From positions 14,945 through 78,944 of the forward strand of contig JAFUAY010000022.1 in assembly GCA_017460515.1 (NCBI GenBank): a stretch of 64,000 nt of DNA, read 5' to 3'. Positions 10,701-19,492 of the stretch are shown piece after piece. The stretch is from Prevotella sp. GTDB lineage: Bacteria; Bacteroidota; Bacteroidia; Bacteroidales; Bacteroidaceae. The notes beneath the pieces are model-generated. The model saw nothing but the letters and a program-made list of their open reading frames with translations. It was not told the DNA's origin and did no database searches. The first letter of the stretch is position 1. Each line of letters starts with the position of its first letter. A program made the position numbers and the translations under genes.

Positions 10701-10946
10701 GGAAAATTCGTCAAGGGCGACGCCACAAGCGCTCCCTTCCGCGGATGGATTGCCGGTAGCGATATCAGTTCACTAATGCCCGCCACACTGACAATCTCAA
10801 GTGGAGCACCCACCAGCATGATGACTCCACAGAAGAACACGAGCGGCGCACAGGGCGTGATGTATGACCTGAGCGGAAAAAGGATTCCTGGTTCGAGGTA
10901 CGAGATGCGAGGTACGAGATTCGTGATAAAATCTTCAATCAGATGA
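7725..10946 (+). CDS. C10 family cysteine peptidase (streptopain/interpain-like) with prodomain and long C-terminal extension
   Basis: Signal peptide; prodomain GFIVMSGDDR; WNQGTPYN, GCVATSMAQ (catalytic Cys), GHSFVCDGY (His), HINWGWGG; T9SS-CTD-like YDLSGKR near the C-terminus. Confidence 0.92.
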   Translation: MKRLAITMLMLLTAIVTMQAAKISEQTVRARAKAFMQARGHKMNATGIKNVKRKQARQSAETEAYFHIFNIGENSGFIVMSGDDRMVEVLAYSDSGSVDADNMPEALQSLLEGYAEQGAWIEEHPSAAEAAEQAAHQQQRRAPRTAITPMISTRWNQGTPYNLYCPVTADTRTVTGCVATSMAQVMYYYRYPASSLALDGFTTRNGKFTLDALDATTFDWANMQLTYTNSEDTENAANRAIATLMQYCGWALQMNYNIAAAGGSSAYNVNIATALKTYFGYDNTAEYIQRKFFSYTDWIELIYNELAAGRPVVLGGQSIGGGHSFVCDGYQADDFFHINWGWGGSSDGYFRLSALNPYDQGIGGSSTLDGFSYSQEAIIGIKPDTNVPHTPQQCLSLEGFQFTDADDSYTRIFYRENETDDFTSVPLYLILCDYLFGGSSYDVALQFLNDDGNVAEQISLQENLSTTFNSNVNFNSTITIPASLANGTYRMRIVSRTHGESYWQPCMLAEYLQMRAVVDNLQLTLTSLTTVSTSASPTCTAIKTEATITKGIETEITASLTGSTLDYHDMLFLYVDGKPVMGKHVDIAAGKEANVHFAFIPKTVGTNTLDIRNNKRVSLLTKNVDVTASDATDELTLTMTPAISNLDGSNLYGNAVWATVNIVNPSTTNSYAGYVGCYLRIYSDEVNYTSQLYRKLVVIDKENSIDMPITFEGLEVGGTYQLRFVYQQTQLVDEKKVTKYAEGHITEKLTMTEGYTTWLADGTTIVQPLTTSIDAGSARCMDLRAISNPSALNITRSTNPNCLYLFAEGATLPDGFSETNVVKGTTSEEIVLSDGYEFYAPIDFTATEISYTRTFTLAANGSYGWSTILLPFDVETVKAGEKTVDWFHHSADTGKNFWLRAFTGDGTGRVYFDYASTFSANTPYLIAVPDDRWGEEWQMTGKSVTFSGSSAAVKASSVSTLSGNNYKFCGATTSQTLTDVYALNEDDGTKPGGKFVKGDATSAPFRGWIAGSDISSLMPATLTISSGAPTSMMTPQKNTSGAQGVMYDLSGKRIPGSRYEMRGTRFVIKSSIR
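10894..10928 (+). repeat. Heptamer tandem repeat inside the C10 peptidase 3' end
   Basis: CGAGGTA CGAGATG CGAGGTA CGAGATT CGTGATA. Confidence 0.75.
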
Positions 10947-10996
10947 AATTACATATAAACTCCGTGTGAGAGGTTAGAGAAACGAATAACTGAGCA

Positions 10997-11134
10997 ATGA
11001 AAAAGAAACAGATATACAGGGCGCCAGAGGTGCAGATTATGGTGCTGGCAGGCGAAGGAAAACTGTTAAGCGAGTCGGGCGAAACACCGTCGGGACCCAA
11101 TGCAAACTTCATGGAAGACCCCGAACTGGGCTGA
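10997..11134 (+). CDS. 45-aa small peptide of the MKKxYxxP...LLxxS type (absent from the ORF track)
   Basis: MKKKQIYRAPEVQIMVLAGEGKLLSESGETPSGPNANFMEDPELG*, directly downstream of and co-oriented with the C10 peptidase. Confidence 0.7.
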   Translation: MKKKQIYRAPEVQIMVLAGEGKLLSESGETPSGPNANFMEDPELG

Positions 11135-11238
11135 TTTTTATTTTTTTAACTCACATAATCAGCCTACAAGGTAAGTTTTTTGTAAATTTGCACTTTGAAT
11201 CGATTCTCGTGTTTTACTAATCGCACGAACCTAAAAAA

Positions 11239-14175
11239 ATGACAGACATCATCCTATCAAGTTTCCTAAGCCTCTTTGCCTTGTTCGGCAAGGAAGAGCA
11301 GGTTGATGAGATGCGGGCAAAGGAAATGCTCGTCAGCTACTTGCGCCATCACTTCGGCATCCGAAACATAGAAGACTACCTGGCTTTCTATGACGACATG
11401 CGTATGGCTTACGAGATGACGGATGACCTGAACACCGAGGATACCGTCACAGGCATCTGCACATCACTGCACGGAAATATTCGCACCATTGAGGAGGCAC
11501 TTCTGTTGTTGCGACTCATGGAGTTCTGTGCCAATGGCGTACTGAAAGGTGACAACGGGAAAGAGCAGGAGAAGAAACACCACATCTTCAAGACCATGGC
11601 GAAAATCCTGTGCGTGCCTGCTGAACAGTATGCTGACTTCACGGACTTCGTAGAAGGTAAAGAGACGAAGAACGTGATGATTCATCAGATCAGTGGACTT
11701 AACGGACAACTGAAGACGCTGCTGGACCCGACAACAGGACTGTTGCTATTTACCTATACTGGCGAGGAGACAGTGCTGTTGAACGACGTGCCCGTATTGT
11801 CGGGCTCCTATCAGGTGTGGCAGCAGAGCAGTGTGCTGAAAAACAACAAAGGCGGTGCACCCATCTACTACTCTGCCATCCATACTGCCCACCAACAGCG
11901 AAAGGGCATCACACTCGACCAGGCACAGACGGTGGAGTTCTGCGGACGGAACATCAACTTCCGATTCCCCAACAGCGATAACGGCATGCATAACCTCAGC
12001 TTCACCCTGCACAACGGAGAGCTGCTGGCCATCATGGGCGGATCGGGAACAGGAAAGACCACCCTACTCTCACTGCTGAACGGAACACTACAGCCCCAGG
12101 AAGGGACAATCACCATCAACGGACACGATATTTCAGAACCGGCTGCCAAGGCACTCATCGGCTTTGTGCCACAAGACGACCTGCTGATAGAGGAGCTGAC
12201 AGTCTATGAGAACCTGCTGTTTACTGCCAAGCTCTGCTTCGAGGGAATGGCCAAGAAGGAACTGGACCGCAGGGTGATGAAAACGCTGAAAGACTTGGGT
12301 CTTGATATTATCAAAGACCTGAAGGTGGGCTCGCCCATGAACAAATATATCTCTGGCGGACAGCGCAAGCGACTGAACATTGCACTGGAGCTGATCCGTG
12401 AACCTGCTGTGCTGTTCCTCGATGAACCCACGTCAGGACTGTCGTCAGCAGATACAGAGAAGGTCATCAACCTACTGAAGGAACAAACACTGAAAGGCAA
12501 GCTCATCGTAGTGAATATCCACCAGCCTTCAAGTGATGTCTACAAGCTCTTCGACCGCTTGTGGCTATTGGACAGAGGCGGCTACCCCGTCTATGACGGA
12601 AATCCCATTGACGCTATCACCTATTTCAAAGAGGCTGCCAACTATGCCGATGCGGAGACCAGTGCGTGTCCGACGTGTGGCAATGTGAACCCGGAGCTGG
12701 TGCTGAACATCATTGATGAGAAGGCGCTGAACAATATGGGCGAGACCTCTGACGAACGAAAGATGACGCCAAAAGAATGGCACGAGCTGTACCTGAAGAG
12801 GAGAGATAAAAAGGCAGAGATGAAAGAGCCTGCCGTCAGCGCTGTGCCTGCCTCAGACCAGAAGCGCCCGAATGTGCTGAAGCAGTTCGCCATCTTCCTG
12901 CATCGCAACATCAAGACGAAGATTACCAATGTGCAGTATCTCTGCATCACACTGCTCGAAGCGCCCGTGCTGGCAATGATCTGCGGACTGTTAACACGAT
13001 ATGCGCCACCAGAGGGCTACAGCATCATGAACAACAAGAACCTGGTGAGCTACTTCTTCATGGCTATCATCGTGGCAACATTCACAGGCATGAGTGGCAG
13101 TGCGGAAGAGATCATCAAGGACCGAATCCTGCTGAAAAGGGAGAAATTCCTGCATCTGTCGTATAGCAGCTATATATGGTCGAAGATTATCTATATGGCA
13201 GGCGTCTCACTCATTCAGACACTGCTGTTCGTACTGGTGGGAAACACCATCATGGGACTGCACGGACTGTTTGGCGTATGGTGGCTCATTCTGTTTGTCA
13301 CCGCACTGCTGGCTAATCTCACAGGACTGTTGCTGTCACAGTGTCTGAGTTCGGTGGTGGCCATCTATATCAGCATCCCCATGCTGCTGATACCACAGAT
13401 ACTGCTCTGCGGACTGGTGGTGAGCTTCTCTGACCTGACCCCCAAAAGTACCACTGGCAACGTGCCACTGATTGGTGACCTGATTCCGTCGCGCTGGGCT
13501 TACGAAGCACTGGCAGTCACCTCTTATACAGACAACGCGTATGAGGCTCCGATGTTCCAGTTGGACAAAGAGAAATACGAGAACGAGTTCTACAACATGG
13601 GCTTCGTCTATGAGCTGCAGTCACAGCTGGAGACAATGAAGTCGAAGAAACAACGCGGGGAAGAGACAAAGACGGACCACCTGAACGTGATACGCACAAA
13701 CCTGCCCCGACTGACTGCCTATACAGGCATGAAACCATACACAGGCGACGAAAGTTACCAATCACTGTATGACTACCTGAAAGAGGCTGAACAGCTGTTG
13801 ACAAAAGAGGGAATGACACTCACCATGCGTGCAGACAAACAGATGGGCAAGCGCATCAGGGAGGAAGGCAAGGAAGCTGTGCTGGACCTGAAACGCCAAC
13901 ACTTCAACCTGAAACTGCAGGACTGTGTGATGGGGGCCGACCAGCCAAAGATGCTCGAAGTAATCGACGACGTGATAGTGGCCCGCACGGGAACCATATT
14001 CCTCACACCTCAGAGCACCATAGGCAGAGCACCGTTCTATAGCAGTGAGAAGAGACTGGGCTCCTGGCACGTGAAGACCCTTTGGTTCAATATCAGCATG
14101 ATGATACTGATGTGCATCATCACCGCCCTCCTGCTGTTTAACGACTGCCCGGGCAGATTCATCCGGAAATCATAA
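11239..14175 (+). CDS. ABCG/White-type fused ABC transporter (NBD-TMD) with N-terminal extra domain
   Basis: Walker A GGSGTGKTT, signature ISGGQRKR, Walker B LFLDEPTSGLSS, H-loop IHQP, then ABC-2 membrane helices. Confidence 0.92.
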   Translation: MTDIILSSFLSLFALFGKEEQVDEMRAKEMLVSYLRHHFGIRNIEDYLAFYDDMRMAYEMTDDLNTEDTVTGICTSLHGNIRTIEEALLLLRLMEFCANGVLKGDNGKEQEKKHHIFKTMAKILCVPAEQYADFTDFVEGKETKNVMIHQISGLNGQLKTLLDPTTGLLLFTYTGEETVLLNDVPVLSGSYQVWQQSSVLKNNKGGAPIYYSAIHTAHQQRKGITLDQAQTVEFCGRNINFRFPNSDNGMHNLSFTLHNGELLAIMGGSGTGKTTLLSLLNGTLQPQEGTITINGHDISEPAAKALIGFVPQDDLLIEELTVYENLLFTAKLCFEGMAKKELDRRVMKTLKDLGLDIIKDLKVGSPMNKYISGGQRKRLNIALELIREPAVLFLDEPTSGLSSADTEKVINLLKEQTLKGKLIVVNIHQPSSDVYKLFDRLWLLDRGGYPVYDGNPIDAITYFKEAANYADAETSACPTCGNVNPELVLNIIDEKALNNMGETSDERKMTPKEWHELYLKRRDKKAEMKEPAVSAVPASDQKRPNVLKQFAIFLHRNIKTKITNVQYLCITLLEAPVLAMICGLLTRYAPPEGYSIMNNKNLVSYFFMAIIVATFTGMSGSAEEIIKDRILLKREKFLHLSYSSYIWSKIIYMAGVSLIQTLLFVLVGNTIMGLHGLFGVWWLILFVTALLANLTGLLLSQCLSSVVAIYISIPMLLIPQILLCGLVVSFSDLTPKSTTGNVPLIGDLIPSRWAYEALAVTSYTDNAYEAPMFQLDKEKYENEFYNMGFVYELQSQLETMKSKKQRGEETKTDHLNVIRTNLPRLTAYTGMKPYTGDESYQSLYDYLKEAEQLLTKEGMTLTMRADKQMGKRIREEGKEAVLDLKRQHFNLKLQDCVMGADQPKMLEVIDDVIVARTGTIFLTPQSTIGRAPFYSSEKRLGSWHVKTLWFNISMMILMCIITALLLFNDCPGRFIRKS

Positions 14176-14229
14176 TCAGAACAAATAATAATTCAATCAC
14201 ATTTATAAACAAAACAACAAGTAAAAAAA

Positions 14230-15033
14230 ATGAAGAAATTGTATTATGTTGCTGTGGCATTCGCAGCCATGACCTTCGCTGCTTGTGGAGGAAACAAAAC
14301 TACTCAGAACACTGAGGAAGTTGTAGAGAAGAGCTTTGAACAGGATCAGATTGAGCAGAGCATCAAGATGCACTTCGACAGCCTTGCTGCCTCTATCGGT
14401 CAGTTGAAGCAGCCCGGATTCGTCCAGGAAGCTGACAAGAACGGTGTACAGCTGACAAAGGAAGAGAAGCAGGTAAAGCCCGACTATCTGTTGGATCCTG
14501 CTATTGCTGAGAACGCACAGACCCTGTCAGAGAAATACCGTCTGCTGAGCATGCTGGGTGTAGACAAGCGTATCGCTGCCCTCTATGAGATGCCTACCGA
14601 TGAGTATAGCAAGGCTACAACCAAACTGCTGGCTGACATCAACGATCCTTCATTCAAGGAGGTAGAGGATGCTGGTTCAGTATTCGAGGCTACAGAGATT
14701 CTCTACAACGCCATGAACCAGAATGGTCGCATCAACTACTACTGGCAGCTGGTGGCTTCTTCACTCGTTGAGGAGTTGTTCATCGCTACACAGAACACAG
14801 ACAAGTTCCTGAGCGTATTCGACGACGAGGCTGCTTCAAACATCACCTTCCGCATCGTGCTGGTTGTGGATGCCGTTAAGCGCCTGGCTGACTACGATGC
14901 CGACATGGTACCCGTTGCAGAGGCCATCGACCCCCTCACCGTTCTCAACGCTATCTCTGTTGACGAGCTGAAGGGTCAGCTGGCTGAGGCCAAGGAGCAG
15001 ATTATTGCTGCACGCAAGGCTCTCACTGAGTAA
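14230..15033 (+). CDS. Hypothetical lipoprotein
   Basis: Lipobox AMTFAAC after MKK start; helical acidic body; immediately downstream of the ABC transporter. Confidence 0.75.
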   Translation: MKKLYYVAVAFAAMTFAACGGNKTTQNTEEVVEKSFEQDQIEQSIKMHFDSLAASIGQLKQPGFVQEADKNGVQLTKEEKQVKPDYLLDPAIAENAQTLSEKYRLLSMLGVDKRIAALYEMPTDEYSKATTKLLADINDPSFKEVEDAGSVFEATEILYNAMNQNGRINYYWQLVASSLVEELFIATQNTDKFLSVFDDEAASNITFRIVLVVDAVKRLADYDADMVPVAEAIDPLTVLNAISVDELKGQLAEAKEQIIAARKALTE

Positions 15034-15047
15034 TTGCTTCATACTAT

Positions 15048-15120
15048 AGGCACGGATTACACGGATTACGTGGATTCTTCGTCAAAAAAGAAATCCTGGT
15101 AGTGTGTGTAATCCGCGTCT
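15048..15120. repeat. REP-like palindromic element (CACGGATTA units), may act as terminator
   Basis: AGGCACGGATTACAC (15048-15062) pairs imperfectly with GTGTAATCCGCGTCT (15106-15120); 9-bp unit CACGGATTA repeated. Confidence 0.75.
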
Positions 15121-15144
15121 TTTTAATACTACTAAAACAAACAA

Positions 15145-18117
15145 ATGAGAAAACTTAGGATATGCAGTGGAATACTGGCAATGACTGTCAGTATAGGAAT
15201 GATGGCACAAGGACATATTGCCGGAGCACTACAGTCGTATAATGACGAAACGAGAAAAGCAGATCGCACTCAACAGTATAGACCCGAAAACGGTGCATTT
15301 GTCTGCGAGAACGGAATGAACCGTTTCACCAGAGCACTCTATGGTTCACATACTGACTGGAGACTGGAGACCAGCGATAGGCCCGTATTCGCTGTGGTCA
15401 AGAAGAACAACCACAGGCATATCCGTTTTATCGTGAATAGTGTACCGCTCGATGCCACCGACTACTGCAAGGCTGCCTATAAGGACGGACAGCGAAGCTA
15501 CTTGCTACGCGATAGGCGCTGGGGCGGTCAGGCCACCCTGGAGATTCAGGTAGTGGCCAGTCCGGACAGGGAAGGGGCGGTTTGGCAGTTCACGGACCAA
15601 GCTTTCCAAAACAACGTTTCAGTAGAAGCACGGATGTGTGAGATTGCATACCCGAAGCTGAGGCGGAACGGAGATATCGGGGCCGACAAGCCTGGCGTAT
15701 TTGAGGCAGCACCAGGAGAAAAAGGACTCCAACAGCATATGTGGCAGATGAATGATGGCAAGAACAGCCATACCTCTTATTTCGTCATTGACAGCATCAA
15801 CCATATCGTCTCCCTATCGAACGAGCTGACTCAGCAACGCTTTGAAGAGGCAAAGGCTTACAACCAACAACTGGCACAGCGCATCGTATTCCAAACACCC
15901 AACGACTATCTGAACACATTGGGAAGTGCACTGGTATTTGCTGCCGATGGTAACTGGGACGGACAGACGTGGCTACATGGATGCATTGGATGGCGAATGC
16001 CACTTGCAGGATGGCGCGCTGCCTATGCTGGCGACGTGTTAGGATGGAACGACAGGGCTATCCGACATTTCGATGCCTACGCCAAGAGTCAGGTGACCAA
16101 CGTAGCGCCTACCCTTCCTCACCCGTCACAGGATGAGAAGATGAATATGGCAAGAGCAGAAAAGAAGTGGGGCACACAGATGTACTCCAACGGATATATA
16201 TGCAGGAATCCAGAACGCAACGACCAAATGCACCACTATGACATGAACCTGAACTATATGGATGAGCTGCTGTGGCATTTCCAGTATGATGCTGATACTG
16301 CCTACATGCGGAAAAAGTGGCCTGTCATCAAAAGTCATCTGGCATGGGAGAAGCGTAACTACGATCCTGATGGCGACCATCTCTATGATGCCTACTGCTG
16401 TATATGGGCCAGCGATGCCTTATACTACAGTGGCGGAGCAGTAACCCACTCGTCTGCCTATAACTATCGGGGCAACAGACTTGCTGCTCGCATCGCGGAG
16501 CTCATCGGAGAAGATGGAACACCCTATCGACAGGAGGCTGAAGCCATTCTGAAAGCAATGAACGAACGACTGTGGATGCCAACGAAAGGTGTATGGGCAG
16601 AGTATCAGGACGCTTTAGGAATGAAACGACTACACGAGAGTCCTGCCGTTTGGAGTGTCTATACCCCCATTGACTGCGGTGCCTGTTCGCCAAAGCAAGC
16701 CTGGGAAGCGACAGGATGGGTACACACGCATATACCGCATATACCTGTAGAGGGAGAGGGAGGCCACTCATCTCTCAAAACCATTGCCACATCAAACTGG
16801 ATGCCCTACTCATGGAGTATCAACAACGTGGCTGCAGCCGAGGTGATGCACACGGCACTTGCTTATTTTGAGGCAGGACGCAGTTGGGAGGGCTACGAAC
16901 TGCTGATGGCAAACCTGATGGACCAAATGTACTACGGACAGTGTCCTGGCAACTTCGGACAGATTAGCCATTTCGATGCTGCACGCGGTGAGTGCTATCG
17001 CGACTTTGGCGACTGTATAGGCATCAGCAGCAGAACACTCATACAAGGACTCTTTGGCATCATGCCTCAAGCTCTCGACGGACAATGCATCATCCGTCCA
17101 GGTTTTCCTAAATCATGGGATAGCGTCAGCATCAAGACCCCCTATATAGAATATAGGTTCGCGCGCGTAGGAGAAATAGAACGATATGAGATCACGCAGC
17201 ACTTCCGTCAGCCATTGAAAATCATTCTCCGTCAGAATATGGGATTAGGACAATATCGAGATACTGAAGGCAGCAACGAACAGCATCAAGTGATTGAGGT
17301 AAGGGAAGTGAAAGAGACAATGAGACTCACCCACCCCATTGTGAAGAGGAGTCCCTGTCTGGGTATTGAGACACCCGCTAAAGGGACAAAGAATCGCGTA
17401 GTGAATATCGACAAGTATTTCAACGCAAAGGTTGATGATATCTTCAAAAACAAGTATGTCTCACCACGTCCGCAGACAACTACCCTGCAAATTCCCGTGC
17501 AGGGCGTAGGTGAATGGTGTCATCCGCAATACACACCTGTCATTAACGACTCCGTGTTCCGCAGCATGATTGTTAGCAATGATATCATCCTGGCAGACAT
17601 TCATTTCCGTACGCCAAAGAAAGGCGAGAATATCGTATATACCTCACTCTGGGATAATTATCCAGACAGTGTAGTCATCCCTATGAAGGGAAAGGCACAG
17701 GTGGCCTCCCTGCTGATGGCGGGTTCAACAAATCACATGCAGAGTCGCATAGACAACGGTCTCATTATTGTGACCTATGCTGACAACAGTACTGACACCC
17801 TAACGCTAAGGAATCCAGACAACTGGTGTCCCATAGAGCAGGACTACTTCGTAGACGGAAAAGCTTTCTATACGATGAACCCACGTCCGATACGCGTATG
17901 CCTGGGTCAGGCCACAACAGAGGGAAATCCTATCGTCAGTAGGGACTTGGGCAAAGAACTGAACATCAAGGGAGTCTATGGAAGAGAGATTCCTGGCGGC
18001 GCTGCACAGATACTTACAATGCCCCTGAACAGCAAGAAGAAGCTGAAGAGTCTGACACTCAAGACGCTCTCGAACGATGTAGTTATCGGATTGATGGGAG
18101 TAACTTTGGGAATTTAA
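15145..18117 (+). CDS. DUF4450-family secreted glycoside hydrolase (possibly GH139-like, rhamnogalacturonan-II related)
   Basis: Signal peptide; NRFTRALYGSHTDWRLETSDRP, HHYDMNL, YCCIWASDALYY, GECYRDFGD, NPDNWCPIEQDY motifs; GH139 link recalled, not verified. Confidence 0.75.
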   Translation: MRKLRICSGILAMTVSIGMMAQGHIAGALQSYNDETRKADRTQQYRPENGAFVCENGMNRFTRALYGSHTDWRLETSDRPVFAVVKKNNHRHIRFIVNSVPLDATDYCKAAYKDGQRSYLLRDRRWGGQATLEIQVVASPDREGAVWQFTDQAFQNNVSVEARMCEIAYPKLRRNGDIGADKPGVFEAAPGEKGLQQHMWQMNDGKNSHTSYFVIDSINHIVSLSNELTQQRFEEAKAYNQQLAQRIVFQTPNDYLNTLGSALVFAADGNWDGQTWLHGCIGWRMPLAGWRAAYAGDVLGWNDRAIRHFDAYAKSQVTNVAPTLPHPSQDEKMNMARAEKKWGTQMYSNGYICRNPERNDQMHHYDMNLNYMDELLWHFQYDADTAYMRKKWPVIKSHLAWEKRNYDPDGDHLYDAYCCIWASDALYYSGGAVTHSSAYNYRGNRLAARIAELIGEDGTPYRQEAEAILKAMNERLWMPTKGVWAEYQDALGMKRLHESPAVWSVYTPIDCGACSPKQAWEATGWVHTHIPHIPVEGEGGHSSLKTIATSNWMPYSWSINNVAAAEVMHTALAYFEAGRSWEGYELLMANLMDQMYYGQCPGNFGQISHFDAARGECYRDFGDCIGISSRTLIQGLFGIMPQALDGQCIIRPGFPKSWDSVSIKTPYIEYRFARVGEIERYEITQHFRQPLKIILRQNMGLGQYRDTEGSNEQHQVIEVREVKETMRLTHPIVKRSPCLGIETPAKGTKNRVVNIDKYFNAKVDDIFKNKYVSPRPQTTTLQIPVQGVGEWCHPQYTPVINDSVFRSMIVSNDIILADIHFRTPKKGENIVYTSLWDNYPDSVVIPMKGKAQVASLLMAGSTNHMQSRIDNGLIIVTYADNSTDTLTLRNPDNWCPIEQDYFVDGKAFYTMNPRPIRVCLGQATTEGNPIVSRDLGKELNIKGVYGREIPGGAAQILTMPLNSKKKLKSLTLKTLSNDVVIGLMGVTLGI

Positions 18118-18160
18118 GATAAAAAACGACTGAGCCCCTAAAAATAGAAATTGATATTTG

Positions 18161-18196
18161 AAAAAGAAATCGGCTGTCTCACGACAGCCGATTCTT
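18161..18196. terminator. Rho-independent terminator, likely bidirectional
   Basis: Perfect 11-bp stem AATCGGCTGTC-TCAC-GACAGCCGATT; TCTTTTT tail on the minus strand. Confidence 0.85.
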
Positions 18197-18254
18197 AAAA
18201 ACAAACTACTTAAAAACTAATCTACTAAAACAAATCAAAAAAATATCTTTTTCT
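18161..18254 (-). ncRNA. Candidate U-rich small RNA (about 95 nt)
   Basis: Minus-strand promoter (18260-18291), unstructured U-rich body TTTGATTTGTTTTAGTAGATTAGTTTTTAAG, terminator hairpin, no ORF. Confidence 0.65.
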
Positions 18255-18259
18255 GAATG

Positions 18260-18291
18260 CAAAAGTAGTAATTTTTGATTACACCTACAAA
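18260..18291 (-). promoter_or_regulatory. Bacteroidetes sigma-A promoter for the candidate sRNA
   Basis: TTTG (18291-18288), 20-nt spacer, TACTTTTG (18267-18260). Confidence 0.75.
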
Positions 18292-18388
18292 ATTTGGCGA
18301 ATAAAAATACGCAAAAATTGACTCATATCAAGACCTTATGCAATAACTTTCTGAATTGAGTGTCTTTTTGACAAGTCAAGTTAGCAAT

Positions 18389-19492
18389 TCACTTGGATTT
18401 CTTTGCCAAATTGTAGTTGTAGTATCGTGTACTTCCGGAAATATCTTCAACAACTCGGATGAAAGGCGGAAACTTCACACTCTTATGTTCAGTGATGCCT
18501 TTGGTCTCCAGAATAACAAGGCCCGCCAACTGATCCATATAGAAATCGAGTTCAAAATACTGTCCTTTCCAAATAAAGCTCTTACGCTTCTTATGAATAG
18601 GCATGCGTTCGGGATCAGCAAGAGCGAGCATCATCTCGTAGAGACTGTTGTTAATCTGACGCTCAGTGACGATTTCCTCTGTTGGAGAAATACGCTTGCG
18701 AGTGGTGTGGACATTCACCCACTGACCATTCCAACCACGACGACGCAAGCGTACCTCAGCATCAGCTTCGCCAGTGAGATAGGTCTGCGTAATCTCACTC
18801 TCCGTGCAGTCGTCTGGTACTTCGCCTACTAACTCAACGATATACTTCCGCTCTGAGACGATGGGCTGTGGGAGAGAAAGCACATCAGAAATCTCCTTCA
18901 CCACACGATTCATCTTCTTGTCGAAATCCTCATTATTGTTGATAACGCGCAGATGAGGATGGCCTGTCCAGGCATGGATTACCTTCTTATCGAGTGAACG
19001 TGCAATGCGAAGTCCTTCCTCGTTATCGGGCTCATTGCGTGAGGCGTTATTAGCTGTGGTATAATACTGTTCCGCACCATCAGCAGCAGAAACCAGATGG
19101 AGTACCGCATCATAACGCTGAAGAAGTTCAGACGTAGAAGTACCCGCAGCACGGGTTATTTCTTCCCATGTTTCAGGCGACATATAGGCTGAGATATCCA
19201 TCGTGCCACGATCACAGACTATGATACAGTCCTCTTCACACTCCTGAGCCATTCGGGCAAACCTATCCTCAAGAGCCATCTGAATCTCAAGGGTCGCCTT
19301 TTCGCCCTCATAGAAAAAACCACGGTTCTTTGTCAGATAATCCATACCCGACTGCGTAAACAGCGTAGGCACTTCAGGAATGGTGAACACCTTGAAGCCA
19401 AGACTGGAGAAATGCTCGATAATACGTACCAAAGCAGATGTCTTGCCTGCACAAGGACCACCAGTAAGTACGATTTTGGTGATATTACCCAT
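18389..19492 (-). CDS. P-loop AAA_28-type kinase fused to a CYTH domain (TTD14-like)
   Basis: IVLTGGPCAGKTS, IIVCDRGTMD; C-terminal SERKYIV, ITQTYL, VRLRRR, FELDFY CYTH motifs; start moved to MGNITK. Confidence 0.85.
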   Translation of the reverse strand: MGNITKIVLTGGPCAGKTSALVRIIEHFSSLGFKVFTIPEVPTLFTQSGMDYLTKNRGFFYEGEKATLEIQMALEDRFARMAQECEEDCIIVCDRGTMDISAYMSPETWEEITRAAGTSTSELLQRYDAVLHLVSAADGAEQYYTTANNASRNEPDNEEGLRIARSLDKKVIHAWTGHPHLRVINNNEDFDKKMNRVVKEISDVLSLPQPIVSERKYIVELVGEVPDDCTESEITQTYLTGEADAEVRLRRRGWNGQWVNVHTTRKRISPTEEIVTERQINNSLYEMMLALADPERMPIHKKRKSFIWKGQYFELDFYMDQLAGLVILETKGITEHKSVKFPPFIRVVEDISGSTRYYNYNLAKKSK

